Assembly: GCA_024137785.1 (NCBI GenBank)
Contig: JAHRHZ010000036.1
Span: forward strand, 3,111,091-3,175,090
Direction: 5' to 3'
DNA from: Ginglymostoma cirratum
Lineage: Eukaryota
DNA: 64,000 nt
This document shows, piece by piece, positions 39,631-54,390 of this stretch (its first letter is position 1; the number at the start of each line of letters is the position of its first letter). The translations under genes and the position numbers were made by a program. The notes beneath the pieces are model-generated. The model did no database searches. It was not told the origin of the DNA and saw only the letters and a program-made list of their open reading frames with translations.

Positions 39631-41441
39631 TCTAGAGAATCTTGGGAATTCCCTTTCTTCATCTCGTCAACATTTATGACACTTCTTGAAACCTACCTAC
39701 TTGACCAAGCTCTTTATCTTTAACCTAAAATTTGTTTTTGTATGTTTTCCAATGCTCCTGTGAAGTGCTTTGGGGTGTTTTTAATATGTTAATATAAATT
39801 ATGAAAAGCAACTGCTGTATGTAGTCACTTCCACCAATCTGCAACGATCAACAGTTCTCCGCAGACTCATTACATTCCCTGAAAAGGTTAAGGATGATCT
39901 AGTGCGACAGACCTATTAATCTGACTTGATTAAATGGGGCCGACATTATTGTTTATCACTTGCTTATTCCTCATTATCTGAGGGTTTCTAAAGTGTTATA
40001 ATTTGCACTGAATACCCTTGAACTGTTTGCTGCTCTGTTCCACAAGCAATCTTCTCAAAGGAAATAGAGATGGGGATTTTTATTTTTAAGAAGCACATCG
40101 GACGTGTGTCTGAAGCAGTCTGTGCAAACCTTGTCTTTCTTGCAAGTAAACTAATTTCCTTTTGTTGATTTCACTGTCCTTTGTAATCTGACTGGGCCTC
40201 GGCCACTGCTTATGTTGATCAGACCCATCTTGCTCACTGCAGTCGGCTGCCTGACCCGTCAATCAGGCTTTCAGCTCAAGTGGTCATGTTTTAAGTGTTG
40301 CCAACCATTTTATGGCATCTCCTTAGTGTTCCTAATGACTTCCTATTGTCTGATCAGCAGGGATATCAATTAGTGCACTCTCGTCTTAAGAAGCTATTAT
40401 ATATTAGAACAAAAGTTCAGTTTCCTGTTGACTTGTAAACTCAAACTGTTTTATTGATATGGAACATCTTGACAATTTTATTGTGTTACCAAGTTGTTGC
40501 TCTTATGTCCTGATCTGTTGAACACATTTTACATGATAGGAAGGTTAACTGCCGTACATTACGCTTTATACCCAAGTGTTGGGGTTCCTCAGCATTAGAT
40601 TCAATAATGTAAACCCCAATTAAAATGGGAAATATAAACTGCCAATGAGGTGATGTCAGGATATAGCTATTTACAGCATTGGAGTTTTGTGGCCTCCGAT
40701 GGGCACGCTAGTTATACCCAACTGCATGTTAGCATAATAACTCTGCATTTCATTGTCTATCTTAACAGTAGCTTCTTACAATAGATCAAGACCTGCAGAA
40801 CATGAGCCATTCAGCCATTGTCATCTCTGAAAGAGCTATTCAATTAGTTGCACTCTGTTCCTTCACCATAGCTCTACAGTTTTCTTTCTTTCAAGTATTT
40901 ATCACACGCCCTCTTGAATTATTTTTTTTTCAGGCACTGCATTCCAGTTCTTAATAGCAGACTGTGCATAAAGACATTCCTCCTCCTTCTACCTGACTTC
41001 TTGCCAATGACTAAATCATCCATCTTACCATCAGCGATGTCATGGCAAATTTGCTAGAATATACACTTTTTAATTTAAAATACCAAGTGATCAGGGCACA
41101 AAGCTTAAGACCATTTTCAAGGACTTGTGCATTTTAAGAATAGAATGTTACTGAGCGTTGCTGCTGGGGGGATGCTGTGGGTTCTCATTCCTGTTGTAAT
41201 GGCTTTTGCTTTTAAAGGCCAGTATAAATATGGCTTTCCTCCCACTCATTCATTTTATTCCACAGCAGAAACTCCTGTTGTCAGGCAGGTGGGAACAGAT
41301 TGGACTCAGCCCCGATCAGTAGCAGTGCTTCGTTAGCTGAGCAAAGATGGGTTTCCGCAAGTTTCAGGGTGGCACGCTGTCTTGCTGCACTATTGTGTTC
41401 CAGTTTGTCTTTGTCATTGTCCTGTGTGAATCTTGAATTAA

Positions 41442-41696
<255 letters not shown>

Positions 41697-42549
41697 TAGT
41701 GCTGTCTGTAAACTGTTGAGTAACACTATTGATCTGATGATAGGGAAATGGGTTTCATTATTGTTTGGCTAATTTTCTTTCTCCAGCCTTGTGTTCAGCA
41801 CATACCACAGCTTCTGAGGGTAGATCAGTGGACCTGGACGGAATAGTAAATTATCATGAGGGTGGAAAGAATTCTAGGACAGTAAAAATGGACTGTGTAG
41901 AAGAGCAGTTGTTAGAATAAAGTGACACTAGGCTACCAAGGCTGGATGCAGAGCCCGCGTGAGGATAAGGCCGGATTTTACAAGAAACAAAGCTGTGTGA
42001 TTAGAAGCTAAACAAATGCTTCCACACAACCCTTCAATCCCATTTTTCTAGTTGCTGCTTTGTGTAAAAATGAGGTGAATTGAGCTTTTCCTGTACTGCA
42101 GTTTTTAAAAATGGCATCGGCTGGCCTTTGCAATGTTTTAAGCAATGGAAATTTATAGGCAGTTTTAGAATAGTCACCCTCAAGCCTATGGTGTCTGCAC
42201 CTATTTAACCTAATCCTATTTCCTAGCTCTTGGCCCCATAGCCCTGTATGCTGTTGGATTCCAAGTGATCATCTAAAGACTTCTTAAATGCTGTACTGGT
42301 TCCTGCCGCCTCCACCCTTACAGACACCCACTGCCCCCTCTAGGTGAAAAAAATTCTTCTCAAACATCCTCTAGCTCTAGCTCTCTCTCTCTCCCCCCAC
42401 TACCTTAAAACTGTGTGCCTTGGTAATTACTGAGGGAATTCATTATTCCTAATGACCCCTATCTATGCCCTTCATAATCTTGTAAGCCTCAATCAGGTCT
42501 CCCTTCGGTCTTCTCTGCACTAAGGAAAACAACCCTAGCCTATGTAGTA

Positions 42550-42660
42550 GAGATAAAAGGTACTGCAGATGCTGGAGAATCCGAGATAACAAGCATGGGG
42601 CTGGATGAACACAGCAGGTCAAGCAGCATCATAGGGATCCAGCCCCATGCTTGTTATCTC
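42550..42660. mobile_element. PLE 3'-end minimal fold-back element, copy D (111 bp, no hammerhead), 14-bp TSD, nested in a CR1-like 3' end
   Basis: TSD ctagcctatgtagt at 42535-42548 and 42661-42674; tailed left arm, ~25-nt right arm. Confidence 0.9.
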
Positions 42661-43347
42661 CTAGCCTATGTAGTGTTTCTTCAGCAAATGTCATCTGACT
42701 TTTAATCACTCTTATCCAGTGTACTTGAGGTTTGACAAATAGGTACTTGTTGCCAGCAGTAATGTCTAGCTAGGCATGGGGTAGAGGGTTAAAGTTTCTA
42801 AAAGAAGGGGACTGGCATAAGATGCAAGAAATGACTATGACCCAGTCTTTCAGGTGAAGCAAATGCAAAGAACTGACAGCAACAGAACATCAGAAATCTT
42901 GGTGGCCTTTTCAGTTGCAATGACTGTGTCAACAATTGTCTGCAAACATCTTTTGTTCTATTTTGTCAGAGTAATTCGATCCTATATTGTGGGTGGAGTA
43001 CAATTCGATTGTTTTCCAGATTTAACATCCCAATGTCATGTATCTTGTCCTGGATTCACACACCTTTTGTGTTTGTATCTGTTTCTTGAACTGTTTTGCT
43101 GCCTTGCTGAGTGTGAGTAAAAAAGGGGTCAGTTCTGAGGAAAGGAGAGCTTGCTTATTTCGACACCTTGTAATTGTCACTCATTGCAGAGCATTTATAG
43201 CCCCAGTCAGCTACAGAGCAAAGCTCCTTACATTCTACACAACAAATTCTAAACCACCAGGAAAGGAAATTTGCTCATTTCTATCCTGGAATGATTTTGT
43301 CCCCAAGCTATCTGATTTAACTTTTTTTGTCTTACTCATAAGTAATT

Positions 43348-43553
43348 AAAACGCACACACACAAAAACGCGCGCGCACACAAAAACGCGCGCGCACACAA
43401 AAACGCGCGCACACACAAAAACGCGCGCAAAAACGCACACACACACAAAAACACGCACACACACAAAAACACGCACACACACAAAAACACAAAAACACAC
43501 ACACAAACACACACGCACAAAAACGCGCGCACAAAAGCACGCACGCGCACAAA
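43348..43553. repeat. Compound minisatellite, ~16-18 bp units AAAAAC(GC)n(AC)n
   Basis: aaaaacgcgcgcgcacac repeated with variants about 12 times. Confidence 0.95.
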
Positions 43554-45532
43554 GTCTAAATTCCTGTCCCATGCTTCAGATGTGGCACAACTTCTAACCA
43601 TTTGAAAGCAAGTCTCAGGAAAGCTGCTGTAGCTTGACCTGAGTAAAGCTTGAGTAGATGAAGAACTAAAGCTGTTTACGATTAAGTTCATAAAGCATGC
43701 AACTTTTTTCCCACTAATCTGTTAAATCGGCATACTGGCTTCAGAAGCAGTGCGGTAGAATGGGAGCAGTTCAGGATCCTCTGTGGAATTGGTGTGTCTC
43801 TCAGCATGTGTTTCAGCACAGTTGTCAATGCAGGGTTACAGGTGCAAAAAAGCTAAGCACATTAAACAAAGTTTTACATTTAGCATGTCTTCTAAATACT
43901 ATACATATGAACAAAGGGTAGGGCCATGTAAACCCCCCACCCCCCAAAAAAATCTGCTCTGCCATTTAAAAATCATGGTTGCCCGATGATTCGTGGCATC
44001 CACACTTGCCATCTTCCCTGATAACATTACATCCCTTGTTTGCCAAGAATCTATCCAACTCTCTCTGAAATATCCAATGACTCAATTTCTACTGCCTTTT
44101 TGAGCAGAGAGTTTCAAAGACTTATGACCCAAAAATATTTTGCTCTGTGACCCCTTAGTTCTAGATTCTCCAATAAAAGGGAACATCCACTCCACATCCA
44201 CACTGTCAAGACCCCTCAGGATCTTTTTGTTTAAATCAAGTTACCTCCAAATCTTCTAAATTCTTTCTAACATTTTCTCAAAGGTTCCTCAGTACTGACT
44301 TTGGAGACTGATTTGACCTTGTTGCTCTGAGGCCTCTGATTTATTTTATTACAGTGCACCACTACACAAGTGGCTGAGAGTGATTTTAAATTGGGTTTGC
44401 CTGTGCAGATCAGTGGATTTTGATATTGCTGCCAAGATCATGGATATGGATGACAAGGCCTATACTTATTACCAACTCTCACTCAAGTCCTCCATGAAGG
44501 AACACTTTTTTCCCCCCTTATCTTCTCCCCCCCCTCCCCCCCTTTCCCCCATTTCCCCCCTCCTTTCCCCTTCTCCCTCCCCCCCATATCAAATCTCTAC
44601 CATGTTAAATGCCTCTATTTAATCACTGTCAACCTTCCAAACTTGATTACAGACTGTTTGGAAGGAAATATGTTGTCCTTGGGTGGTCTGGTCCCCATTT
44701 GGCTCCAGATACATAGCAATGTGACTGACTGTTAACTGCCTTCTGAAATGTCCTGATGAGCTGCTTAGTTCAAGGGCAATTGGGGAAGGACAACCAATGT
44801 AATCCTTCATAAAAAACGAAAGAACTGCAGATGCTGTACATCAGAAACTAAACAAATTGCTGGAAGAACTCAGCAGCTCTGGTTTCAGGTTGAGTGACCC
44901 TTCCTCCGTACTCTGTGTAATCCTGGCCAGTGATACCCACATCCCGTTTTTAAGAGAAAAATAGTGTAAGTCTTCACTAAGCTAAGAACGCTCATGTTGA
45001 CTATCATGGTAACTATCATAATGAGATATTAAACATCTGGTATGCATATTACAGCTGCAGATTGTTTGTGCTTAGGATGATGTCATGAACAGATTAAACA
45101 CCAGATTCTGCTTACTCCCTGTTATTATTTTAATGTACAGTAATCTCATGTGAAAATGATCTTGAAGTAAAATTTAATGCCACAATGAAAGCCTATTGTG
45201 ATCACATGCAGAGGAATAGAGTTGCATGATTCACAGTCTATTGCATGACGCCCATATCCCCTTGAGGTGGTTTGCTCTTTAGAAAGCCAGGGGGTAAGTC
45301 AACTTATTGAATTAGATTCATTATGCTATACGAGTAGTGATGTAAATGAATAGTTTAGTTCTTAATAGCCCAAATGGAATTGCAACATTTAGCTAATTGC
45401 CATCGACTAAAATTAGAACTAAGAACAATGATCCCAAAATTGGAAAATCAGTGCATGGTTAAGATCTGCAGAGGAAAGTTCATTGTTTGTAATTGAGACA
45501 TATTTTTATTTCCAATTTCAATATTGTTTTAA

Positions 45533-45808
<276 letters not shown>

Positions 45809-47165
45809 TGAGACCACTGAACGTTGTGTGTACAGTTTTGATGTGAAGGGTGTTACTGTTACCAGTTTGTGATATTGTCTTTGCATTTCTTCAAACTCCG
45901 CACTGTCCTGTATCTGAGATCTGTCTGTTCCAGATCAGAAAATGTTTGTCTATAGTCTAACTTTTTGCACATTTTATTTTTAAAAAAAAAGACTGGTAGA
46001 TAAAGCATTCTTGTCCAATTAAAGGATTTCTACTCTGTCAGCAAATGCATCTTCACACCCCGCATTCCCTAATTGGAAAAGTCTGACTAAATGGGTTGGT
46101 ATTTTATAGCTCCAGATGCTTGGGTTTTACAGACATTCTGCACATGATTCAAATGGAGCAACTTTCAATTCTTTGTTCAAATTGAAATTGTGCTTTTTCT
46201 TTTATTGTAAGATACTACATGATTCTTTTTGAGCAATAAGTAAATTCGAGTGAGCAAGATTCAAATAGCTCAATATCTGGAATTTAGCCTCTGACCGTGT
46301 ATGCAGTCTAATGGCCAAGTTAAGATGTTCAGAGGCACTGTGTTGATTTTGTCCCCACACTATTGTCTAATTAGAATACAAGCTGACCATTCACAGGCCA
46401 ATCCAACCCAGACTTATTTGATGAAAGTTGTTTCTGCTGATAGCAAATGTCCTGTATGGAATGACCCCTGGAAATCCCTCTTGATATTTTAGTGGGTGAT
46501 TCTGTGTGGCCTGAGACTTAAATATTCCATTACTGGTTGGTATTGAATATGCAGCCTCTTTCAAAAAAAAAACCCGAGAATTGGTCTTGAAGGAATGTGG
46601 ACAGAGTAAAAAGTACATGAATCTTTATCTGACCTGTATTGTATTCAACTGTGCGAAAAATAGGCATAAAGTTTAGAAATAATTATCAAACCTGGAGTGC
46701 GTCAACAATGTACTCCCTGATAACGAAGGGACAAAAAAGCAACTTAATGCATCATGGATCTGTGACCTTGGCCTATTTGTGCCTGTGCTGCAGAAGTATT
46801 GTGCAATCTATCAGCAGCACAGTGTGCTGTCTGTAAATTCCATTCTGATTCGGGATCACTAACAGCACACTAAGGATACCAAAGTGCTGGTGGCTTGGCA
46901 AGCAGGTACTTCGTGTCTAAATCTCACAGATGCTGTGTTGCTCCCTATGCTGTGCTGACTCACCTGACCTGTGTGGATGCTGCTGCGGTTGGTCTTTTAA
47001 TTTTACACGCCAGCTGGAAAATGCAGGAGTGTGGATTGCTGGGGAGAGAGACTGGATTGATTTTGTTGATTCACAAGATGAAATATCTGATTGCAGCTAG
47101 AATGATTTCGACAGGAAAGGCCTGTCAGTCAGCATTCCAGTAACGTATTGTAGAGGTTATGCTAA

Positions 47166-47468
<303 letters not shown>

Positions 47469-47994
47469 TAGAAGGACTGTTAACAGTCAAATCACCCAAA
47501 CTTGGCGGGGGAGTTTACCTCCCAAAATGCTACCTAATATTGCAGATATATTATGAGGGTAATATGACTTGTACTTTCACAAGAAAAGGCAGAGTGTTGT
47601 TTAGATGTGTGTGCTGACCTCCATCGCTGTTCAGCAGTGTGATTGATGTTACTGTCAAGAATCTGGCCTCTGCCACAAGGTTTATCACATGCCTCCATTA
47701 CTCATGGAGAAAACCACAATGTGTGCTCTGCGATGAGACAACTATAGAAATATATTGTTTTCAGCAGTTGCCAAATCTTATCTCACTATTGCCATTTGGA
47801 CCACACAAGTACTGTAGAAATTACAGCATGGACAGGGACACTTAGCTGTTCTCTTCTATATCTCCAAATTGATCTCATTCCACTTAACTGTCTTTCCTGT
47901 ACTCCTTCATGCTCCCTTTCTTAGTATTTGCCCAGTCACGCTTTCAGCTTTGTTGTAATTTGAGACTGAGATTATAATGTTTCAAAAGTCTGTG

Positions 47995-48180
47995 TGTCAC
48001 AGAGTGCTGAAAGTCTGGTCGTGTCTGTGGAGAGAGAGAACAGAATTAATGCTCACATCCAACATGTTGGATGTGAGCATTAACCCTCCGTCTCCCCCTC
48101 TGTCTCCCCCTCCCCCCACAGATGCTATCAGACTTGATGAGTTTCTCCAGACTGCACAGTATTTTGTTTTTATTTCAGAC
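47995..48180. mobile_element. Old PLE-like inverted element with a perfect 38-nt palindrome at its centre
   Basis: ...tctgtggagagagagaacagaattaa / ...cacagatgctatcagacttgatgagtttctccag...tttttatttcaga; palindrome 48046-48083. Confidence 0.6.
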
Positions 48181-49859
48181 ATTAAGATAATTGGCAAAAT
48201 AAGCCAGAGGTGAGACGAGAATATTCTCTTACACAGTGGGCTATAATTAGGAATATATGGCCTTAAAGGGCTATAGAAACAGATTCAGTAATTTCCAAAA
48301 GTGAATTGCATGTGTATGTGGAAAGGGAAAACTGTTGACTACTTTATGGAGAAAGGGCATGGAATTGAATCTGGATAACTCTTACAAAGAACTGGCACAG
48401 GCCTGATGGGGGAAATGGCTTTCTCTGCTCTGTTTAAAAACTCCACTTCCGGTTGCTGAAGCTGTGAAGTGATTACTCCTACTGACGAAAAGATGCATGT
48501 GTGACTGGTGGATTTGGGAAGATAAGGTCTAGTAGGTCTTCCCCTCCTTGGTTCCTCACTGCTTGCTGTAGGTCCAGTCAGCAATGGTTATGGTAACTCA
48601 CTTTTGATGATTGGATGAAGGACTTCAATCTCTGAGTGCAATCTGTGCTTGCCACTTCAGGATTTCTCCCAAGTGGTGTTCAATGTGAAAGAATACCATT
48701 TCAACAGTTGATCAGAGGGAAACCTCCTTGCCCACACACAAGATAAGACAGTCTATCTGCCTTCTCTTAGATTCTTGAATGAGAATGAAATATGCAGTCC
48801 TTTATCACAGCTGATAGGGTTTTTGGGAAGTTATGGTTAGTATAAAAACTTTCTCTTTCTGTATTTTTGACTGTGGACTGAAATTGGAAAAGAAACAAAC
48901 AAATTGTTGGAAAATCTGAGCAGATCGGGCAACATCTATGGAGAGAAATCAGAGTTAATGTTTCGGGTCCAGTGACACTTCAGAACTGGAAAAGAATGGT
49001 TTTAAAAATTGAGGATTGTGGAAGGGGTTGCTCTACTACTGAAAAGATAATTACCAATACTTGTAAGCGGTGTTTACACTGCTGCTTTGTTCAACCAGTG
49101 GGGGCAGTCAGTTGCAGATGGGACAAAGTCGTCAGTGTGTGCAAAGTGAGATTTGGCTAGGAATAAGAGGCTGTTTGGTTTAAGGAGTGGTGAGCAGTTA
49201 TCTGACTGACTGCCAACTGCTGTGATTAGTTTCTGAATAGTTTAACAGCTTGTGGATGTGATCGGTATAGCCAGAAGCTTTCAGATCACCAGAAGGAGAG
49301 GTGGTGCATCCCTCCTTGCAGTAGAAAATACCTGAAACCTGAAGAAAGCCAGTTTATCAATTGCTGTACATTGTTACTTTTTAACCAATAAGTGAAAGGT
49401 TTTATAAGTTATGAACCAGTCACCTCTGCCTCTGTAATGAAGCAAAAAGTACCTGGAGAAGAGAGATTACAGACCAGAAAGTACCAGCAAGCAAAATGAT
49501 CATCTGAGCAAACCTCTGGGTAGGGGCTGTTGAACTGCCTTCTCACATTTTTAAATTCAACTTTCTTGAATATAGCTTTTAAATAAGCATCAAACAAAGT
49601 TAAACCCTCAATTCTATGACCTGGTTCTTGATATTAATCTGAGGTATCAGAAAATTACATAATCTCCATCTAAAGATGAACTGAAAACCAAAATGCTGGA
49701 GATCATAGTGGGTCAGACAGCAGCCTTGTAGAGAGAGCAAGCTAATGTTTCGAGTCGAGATGACTCTTCAGAGCTGACATGAAGTGTGGGGGACAGCATT
49801 TGTGCAATATTTGGGGGAGAAAGGGAGTTGATGGAGCACTTTGTCCGTTTTAAAGACAT

Positions 49860-50305
49860 GATGCATTGTAGCCAGTACAACAGATTCTCAAGATTGGTCC
49901 CTGGGAATATAGGGTTATCCTATGAAGAGAAGCTGAGTAAATTAGACGTTTATTCTCTAGACAGATCTCATTGGAAAAACATGGATGATTTTTAAAGGGA
50001 CTTGATAAGGTAGACACTTGGTTGTTTGCAGTGGTTAGGGAATCTAAAAGATAGGATCAAGTCTCAAGATGAGATGCTGTTCAATTTGCACTGACATGAG
50101 GATAAGTTTTCTTTATGCAAGGTTGTGAATCTTTGGAAGCCTCTATAGCAGAGGCTTTGGATGCTGTATTGCTAAATACATTTAAGGCCTGAAGGGCTGA
50201 GCTTTTGCTGTCATATTTTGGGGAGTGAGTTGAAATTGAAAGTCAGACATGATGTTGAATGGCAAAGCAGGTTCAGTATACCATATGGTCTACTTTTGAC
50301 GTCCC
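49860..50305 (+). mobile_element. CR1-like LINE 3' fragment
   Basis: ORF 49786..49995 ends RFSRLVPGNIGLSYEEKLSKLDVYSL (CR1 C-terminal motif). Confidence 0.75.
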
Positions 50306-51156
50306 TTGTGTTTTATTTTAGGCCCCTTTTTATGATCTTTCTCCACTGACTCTCAATCAAATGTTCATTCTCCGGCCTCTAACATTCATCAGCCAACTGC
50401 AAATCCTCTAACCTGACCTCTGAGGGGAGAAACAGTCACCAAAACTCCAGTTGGAGAAATGACCTAATTGATTTTCTCAATCCTTTTGCCATTTCAGTAC
50501 GACAGTCTATTTGCATTACCAGTGGGATGCTAGATTATTAGAATTCCCAACTCTTCAATGAATCGTTAAATCCAAGACATCACCTATTCTTTTTTTCCTC
50601 GCTGTTTGCAATTGACTTGTACATCACAATAAAAAGATGTCAGGCCACTATTCCTTCAAGGAAAGCTGGTAGCTGTCCTGCTGCCCTGCTATAACATTGC
50701 TCAGCAAACTCCTCAAGCTGTAACTAACTGGCCATTTATTTCCCTGTTTTTGTAAAAACTTAAGACCATAAGACACAGGATCTGAAGTCTGCTAATTCAG
50801 CCAGTTGGGTCTGCTCCACCATTCAATGAGATCATGGCTGATCTGATAATCCTCAACTCCACTTTCCTGCCTTTTACCCCTTACCCCTTGATTCCCTAAC
50901 TGATTAAAAATCTATCTCGGCCTTAAATGTACTTGCAGAATGGCTGATGTCTTTACCTGCTAAACAGCTACTTTCATGCTGTGATACGTTACTTGCTTTA
51001 ATAGACATGTTGAGGTGCTATATGAATTCAAGTTTCTGAATCAGTGCTCTCAAAAGGAGAGCTGCTGCCCAAGGCAAATGTTCTCGAGCTACGCAGGTGT
51101 CTGCTGTTTGTATTTTTTTTGTACGGTATGCTGATGTTGTGTATTCTCATTTTCAG

Positions 51157-51226
51157 ACAGTAATTTGAGGCTGTTTGTAAGCAGAGATGGAACAACAGCA
51201 CTCGGTGGCATTCAGCTGGGGAACAG
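51157..51226 (+). CDS. EEIG1: EEIG1 coding exon 10: (D)SNLRLFVSRDGTTALGGIQLGN(R)
   Basis: ctcattttcag|AC...AACAG|gtgcgt; 70 nt; DSNLRLFVSRDG motif. Confidence 0.95.
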
Positions 51227-51938
51227 GTGCGTTTCATAAATTGTGGCTGAGTAGACCTGTATCATTGGGTAGTTTGTCCTGAACCATAGATTATTGGTGT
51301 GGGATTTTGTTCAAAATGGTTCTTTTGCACTTTTGAAATAAAATCCTTTTGCGATTTATCTAATTAAAAAGTTGGGCCCTTTCAGTCATCAATTTATCAT
51401 TCTGCTGTTTGCTCAGGAATACTTTTGGAGTAAGATTTATTTATCCTTTAAATCTGCAAATATTTGAATGCAATGTTGTAATTGGCAAGCGCATAAATTA
51501 CATGATTCGAGATTTTGTTTCGCGTTGTCTGTGAACAGCACCCCCTGAGGAAAGCATTTCCTCGTGCCAGTTGTACTAAAATTATAAACACATTCTTTCT
51601 GAAAACATTTAAAATTTTATGCAAAGTTTTTTTTTCTTCCTGTGCTGCCAACAAGATAGTGCTCTTGTGAAGTACCTTGGTTTGTTTTAAAGGTGAAGTG
51701 TTAAATACAGGCTGTCAGCTATTCCTTCAACTAACTAATCTCTCACATCAATAGAGTTTTAATTCTTATGGGCATCTTGTCCAGTTTTGGAAAATGCATT
51801 TTCCACCATCCAACCTGTGCTGTGTTCAAGTGAGTCCTTACAGTTGTTATGCTTAAGGTGTCAGAGCTCCAGCAAGAAAATGCAATGATTGTTTTCAGTC
51901 TGTTTTCTGTAAGTAACAAGCTGTTTCTTTCTCCACAG

Positions 51939-51984
51939 GGTGTCTGCGGGTGTCTTTGAGCCTGTTGTTATTGAGAGCCGTTGA
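51939..51984 (+). CDS. EEIG1: EEIG1 last coding exon 11: VSAGVFEPVVIESR-stop
   Basis: tttctttctccacag|G; TGA at 51982-51984; matches FAM102A C-terminus VSSGVYEPVVIESH. Confidence 0.95.
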
Positions 51985-54390
51985 GAAACTTGAGCCACTC
52001 TGCACCTACTTAACCACTTTCCATTTTGAGCTCCTTGCCTACTGCACATCTAGTCTTATCCATCAGGTCATGCCACCCACCAACTCAGCTGGACTGGAGG
52101 AGGAGGGTGGCCATTTATATCCAAAAACCACCGCCCCCAAGAATTGGCCGATGTTGATTCTGACTTACATTGGAGTAAATAGGGAATTGGGTGGGACTTG
52201 GCTCCCATTTCAAAGAAAAGACCTCCATTTGTTTCTGTTTCAGAACCTACTGAACCAGTATGGAGATCAGGATTTAAGCTGAGAAGTAGTTTTTGTGACA
52301 TTGGAATGTTGTTCCAGAAATCCTCTTGAAACAACAATTAAATGCCAAAACAGTCTTGGCTGAGAGGCGTTTTAAAGGGGATAGTTTTTCCTTGAAATAT
52401 TGTCGTCCCAGTGTTATTCCAAGGTAAACCAGAGTACTCGCTTCCCCCTCTCCTCAGCCATTTGTAGACCAGCGCTAAAGACTGCACATTGCCCTGTGAA
52501 TATTGTTGCATAAAGAAGAAACTTACTTTTAAATGCTTTGAAAGATTTTATTCTGTTTCGCCCCACATTGCCGTGTGTGAGGAAATCAGTTTGGTTTTAA
52601 TCCACCAAAATTGATTGTGATTTTGGTCACTAGAAAACAAAGTTTTCGTTTAATTATCAAAATTTCAGCATAATTGCTGTCAAGTGAAGGAGGTTCTTTT
52701 TTAAATCAAAATGGTGATAATCCCAATTCCAAATGAGTGTATCAACCATGACGCTATTAACAGACACATCAAATACGGTGATGTCTTTGCAGAGTATTTG
52801 TGTATCTGTGGGGTGTTGGATTTCTCTTGAAATGAAGTAATAGGATTTTTTTTCCTTTGTCCAGTAGTGACATTTTTCGTGTTTTCTGATGCTTCTGACT
52901 CCAGTCAGGGACTTGCCATATTCATGCCCATATATTGTTCGTTAATGCACATTGTAGGAGTGAATTTCTTTACAGGCATGGAGCAGATTCATTCATCTTC
53001 ATACATCAAGTTTTCTTTTATAGTTATGCTTCAAAAGATAAATCAAATGTGTGTTTTAACCAGTACTATCTGAATTCTTACTAAAAGGCTGGCTTTAAAG
53101 GTTCCAGTCTAATGGCATGCTGTTGCAATAACAGTGATCTAGTCAGAAGGTATTCTGAGGAGAAGTGAATCCTGTGTGCTGTGCTTCCTACTTGCAAAGA
53201 CTAGCGATGCACCACTGAACCAGCCACTGGATGACTATTAATACCTTTAATTTGTGCCCAACTGTTCAGAACGGTAGTGGGCAAGTGTCTCAAAAGCCGT
53301 TAGTAAGTGGCTTGAGTACAGGCTTTTCCTGCTTTGAAACAAGGTTCCTGTAAACCTTTTGGGGGTGAAATTTGTTTTTTCCCCAGATTGATTATGGGCC
53401 AGTAGAGTACAGTTTTACTTCCCAATCGATCTGAGGGATTTGCTAAAGAAGTGCCACGGCTTTTTGCTCCAAAGCATTAACAGCTGGCTGTGTATTTTGT
53501 ACAATACCACGCGAGTGCAACACTCAATTCTTCCCCGTTGAAGAATCTAGTGAGGAGAATTGAGAGTCTGGGAAATGCACTTCTCTGCATTGCTTGTCTC
53601 CGACCTGTCGGTCTGAGTGCATAATCTGATGGGTCCAGATCTTGGCCTATTCAGGCCTGAGCTAGTTTGCTGCAAGCAGCATCTGTTGTCTCTGGTGTAG
53701 CAAATGAGTCCAGTGATTCATGACTAGAGGCTGCAGCTCTTTAACAATGTCATTTTCCTGTTCCTGCCTGAATGTCCTGGTGTTGGTTAGCTATGCACTT
53801 TGAAGACCTGTACACTTCCTACACTAGCCTTGTCGTCTTGCTTATTGCATGCCACTTGTGAATATTGTGGCTCAGTTTGACGTAATGTGAACGGTTAACT
53901 TGTCCACTATCTGTATCTGTGGTATATTTGAGGCCTAAAATTCAAGGCTGTGATGAATCTTATCTCTTTTTTGTACTGTTCTGTGACAACTAGTGTGAGG
54001 AAAATTCTTGCTTAAGCTACTTTTTGATTGCAGAGCCAAAATTAACACTTAACCTGCTGGGACATTACTTCTGTTGCACAGACTGGTTCATAAATAACCA
54101 AAAAAAACCACCTTCAGGCAACTAAAATCTGCATATTTGTTCAAGATGATCTTCCTGGCCCCCCTCTTGTTTAACCACTGAAGTACAGGGTGCTTGAAGA
54201 AGCATAAGCCCATTTGGTCAAATAATCTAAAGTAGAAAGTCTTTCCTTTTCAGTGAATTGTGTGCTCCTCCGTGTTGTGCCCAGTATATTTCTTCCTACA
54301 TCCGCAAGGTGGAAAGCTGCCCCACTGGCAAAATTATATTGAATGAAATAATATTTTAAAATTCAGCATAAATTGTTGAATATTTTACGC

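Noticed and set aside
43332-43691. Cys/Val/Arg-rich ORFs on the minus strand
   Set aside because: Translations of the compound minisatellite.
51151-51160. Tandem acceptor cag-acag at exon 10
   Set aside because: The distal AG is 4 nt downstream and would frameshift; only the proximal AG restores the conserved DSNLRLF peptide.
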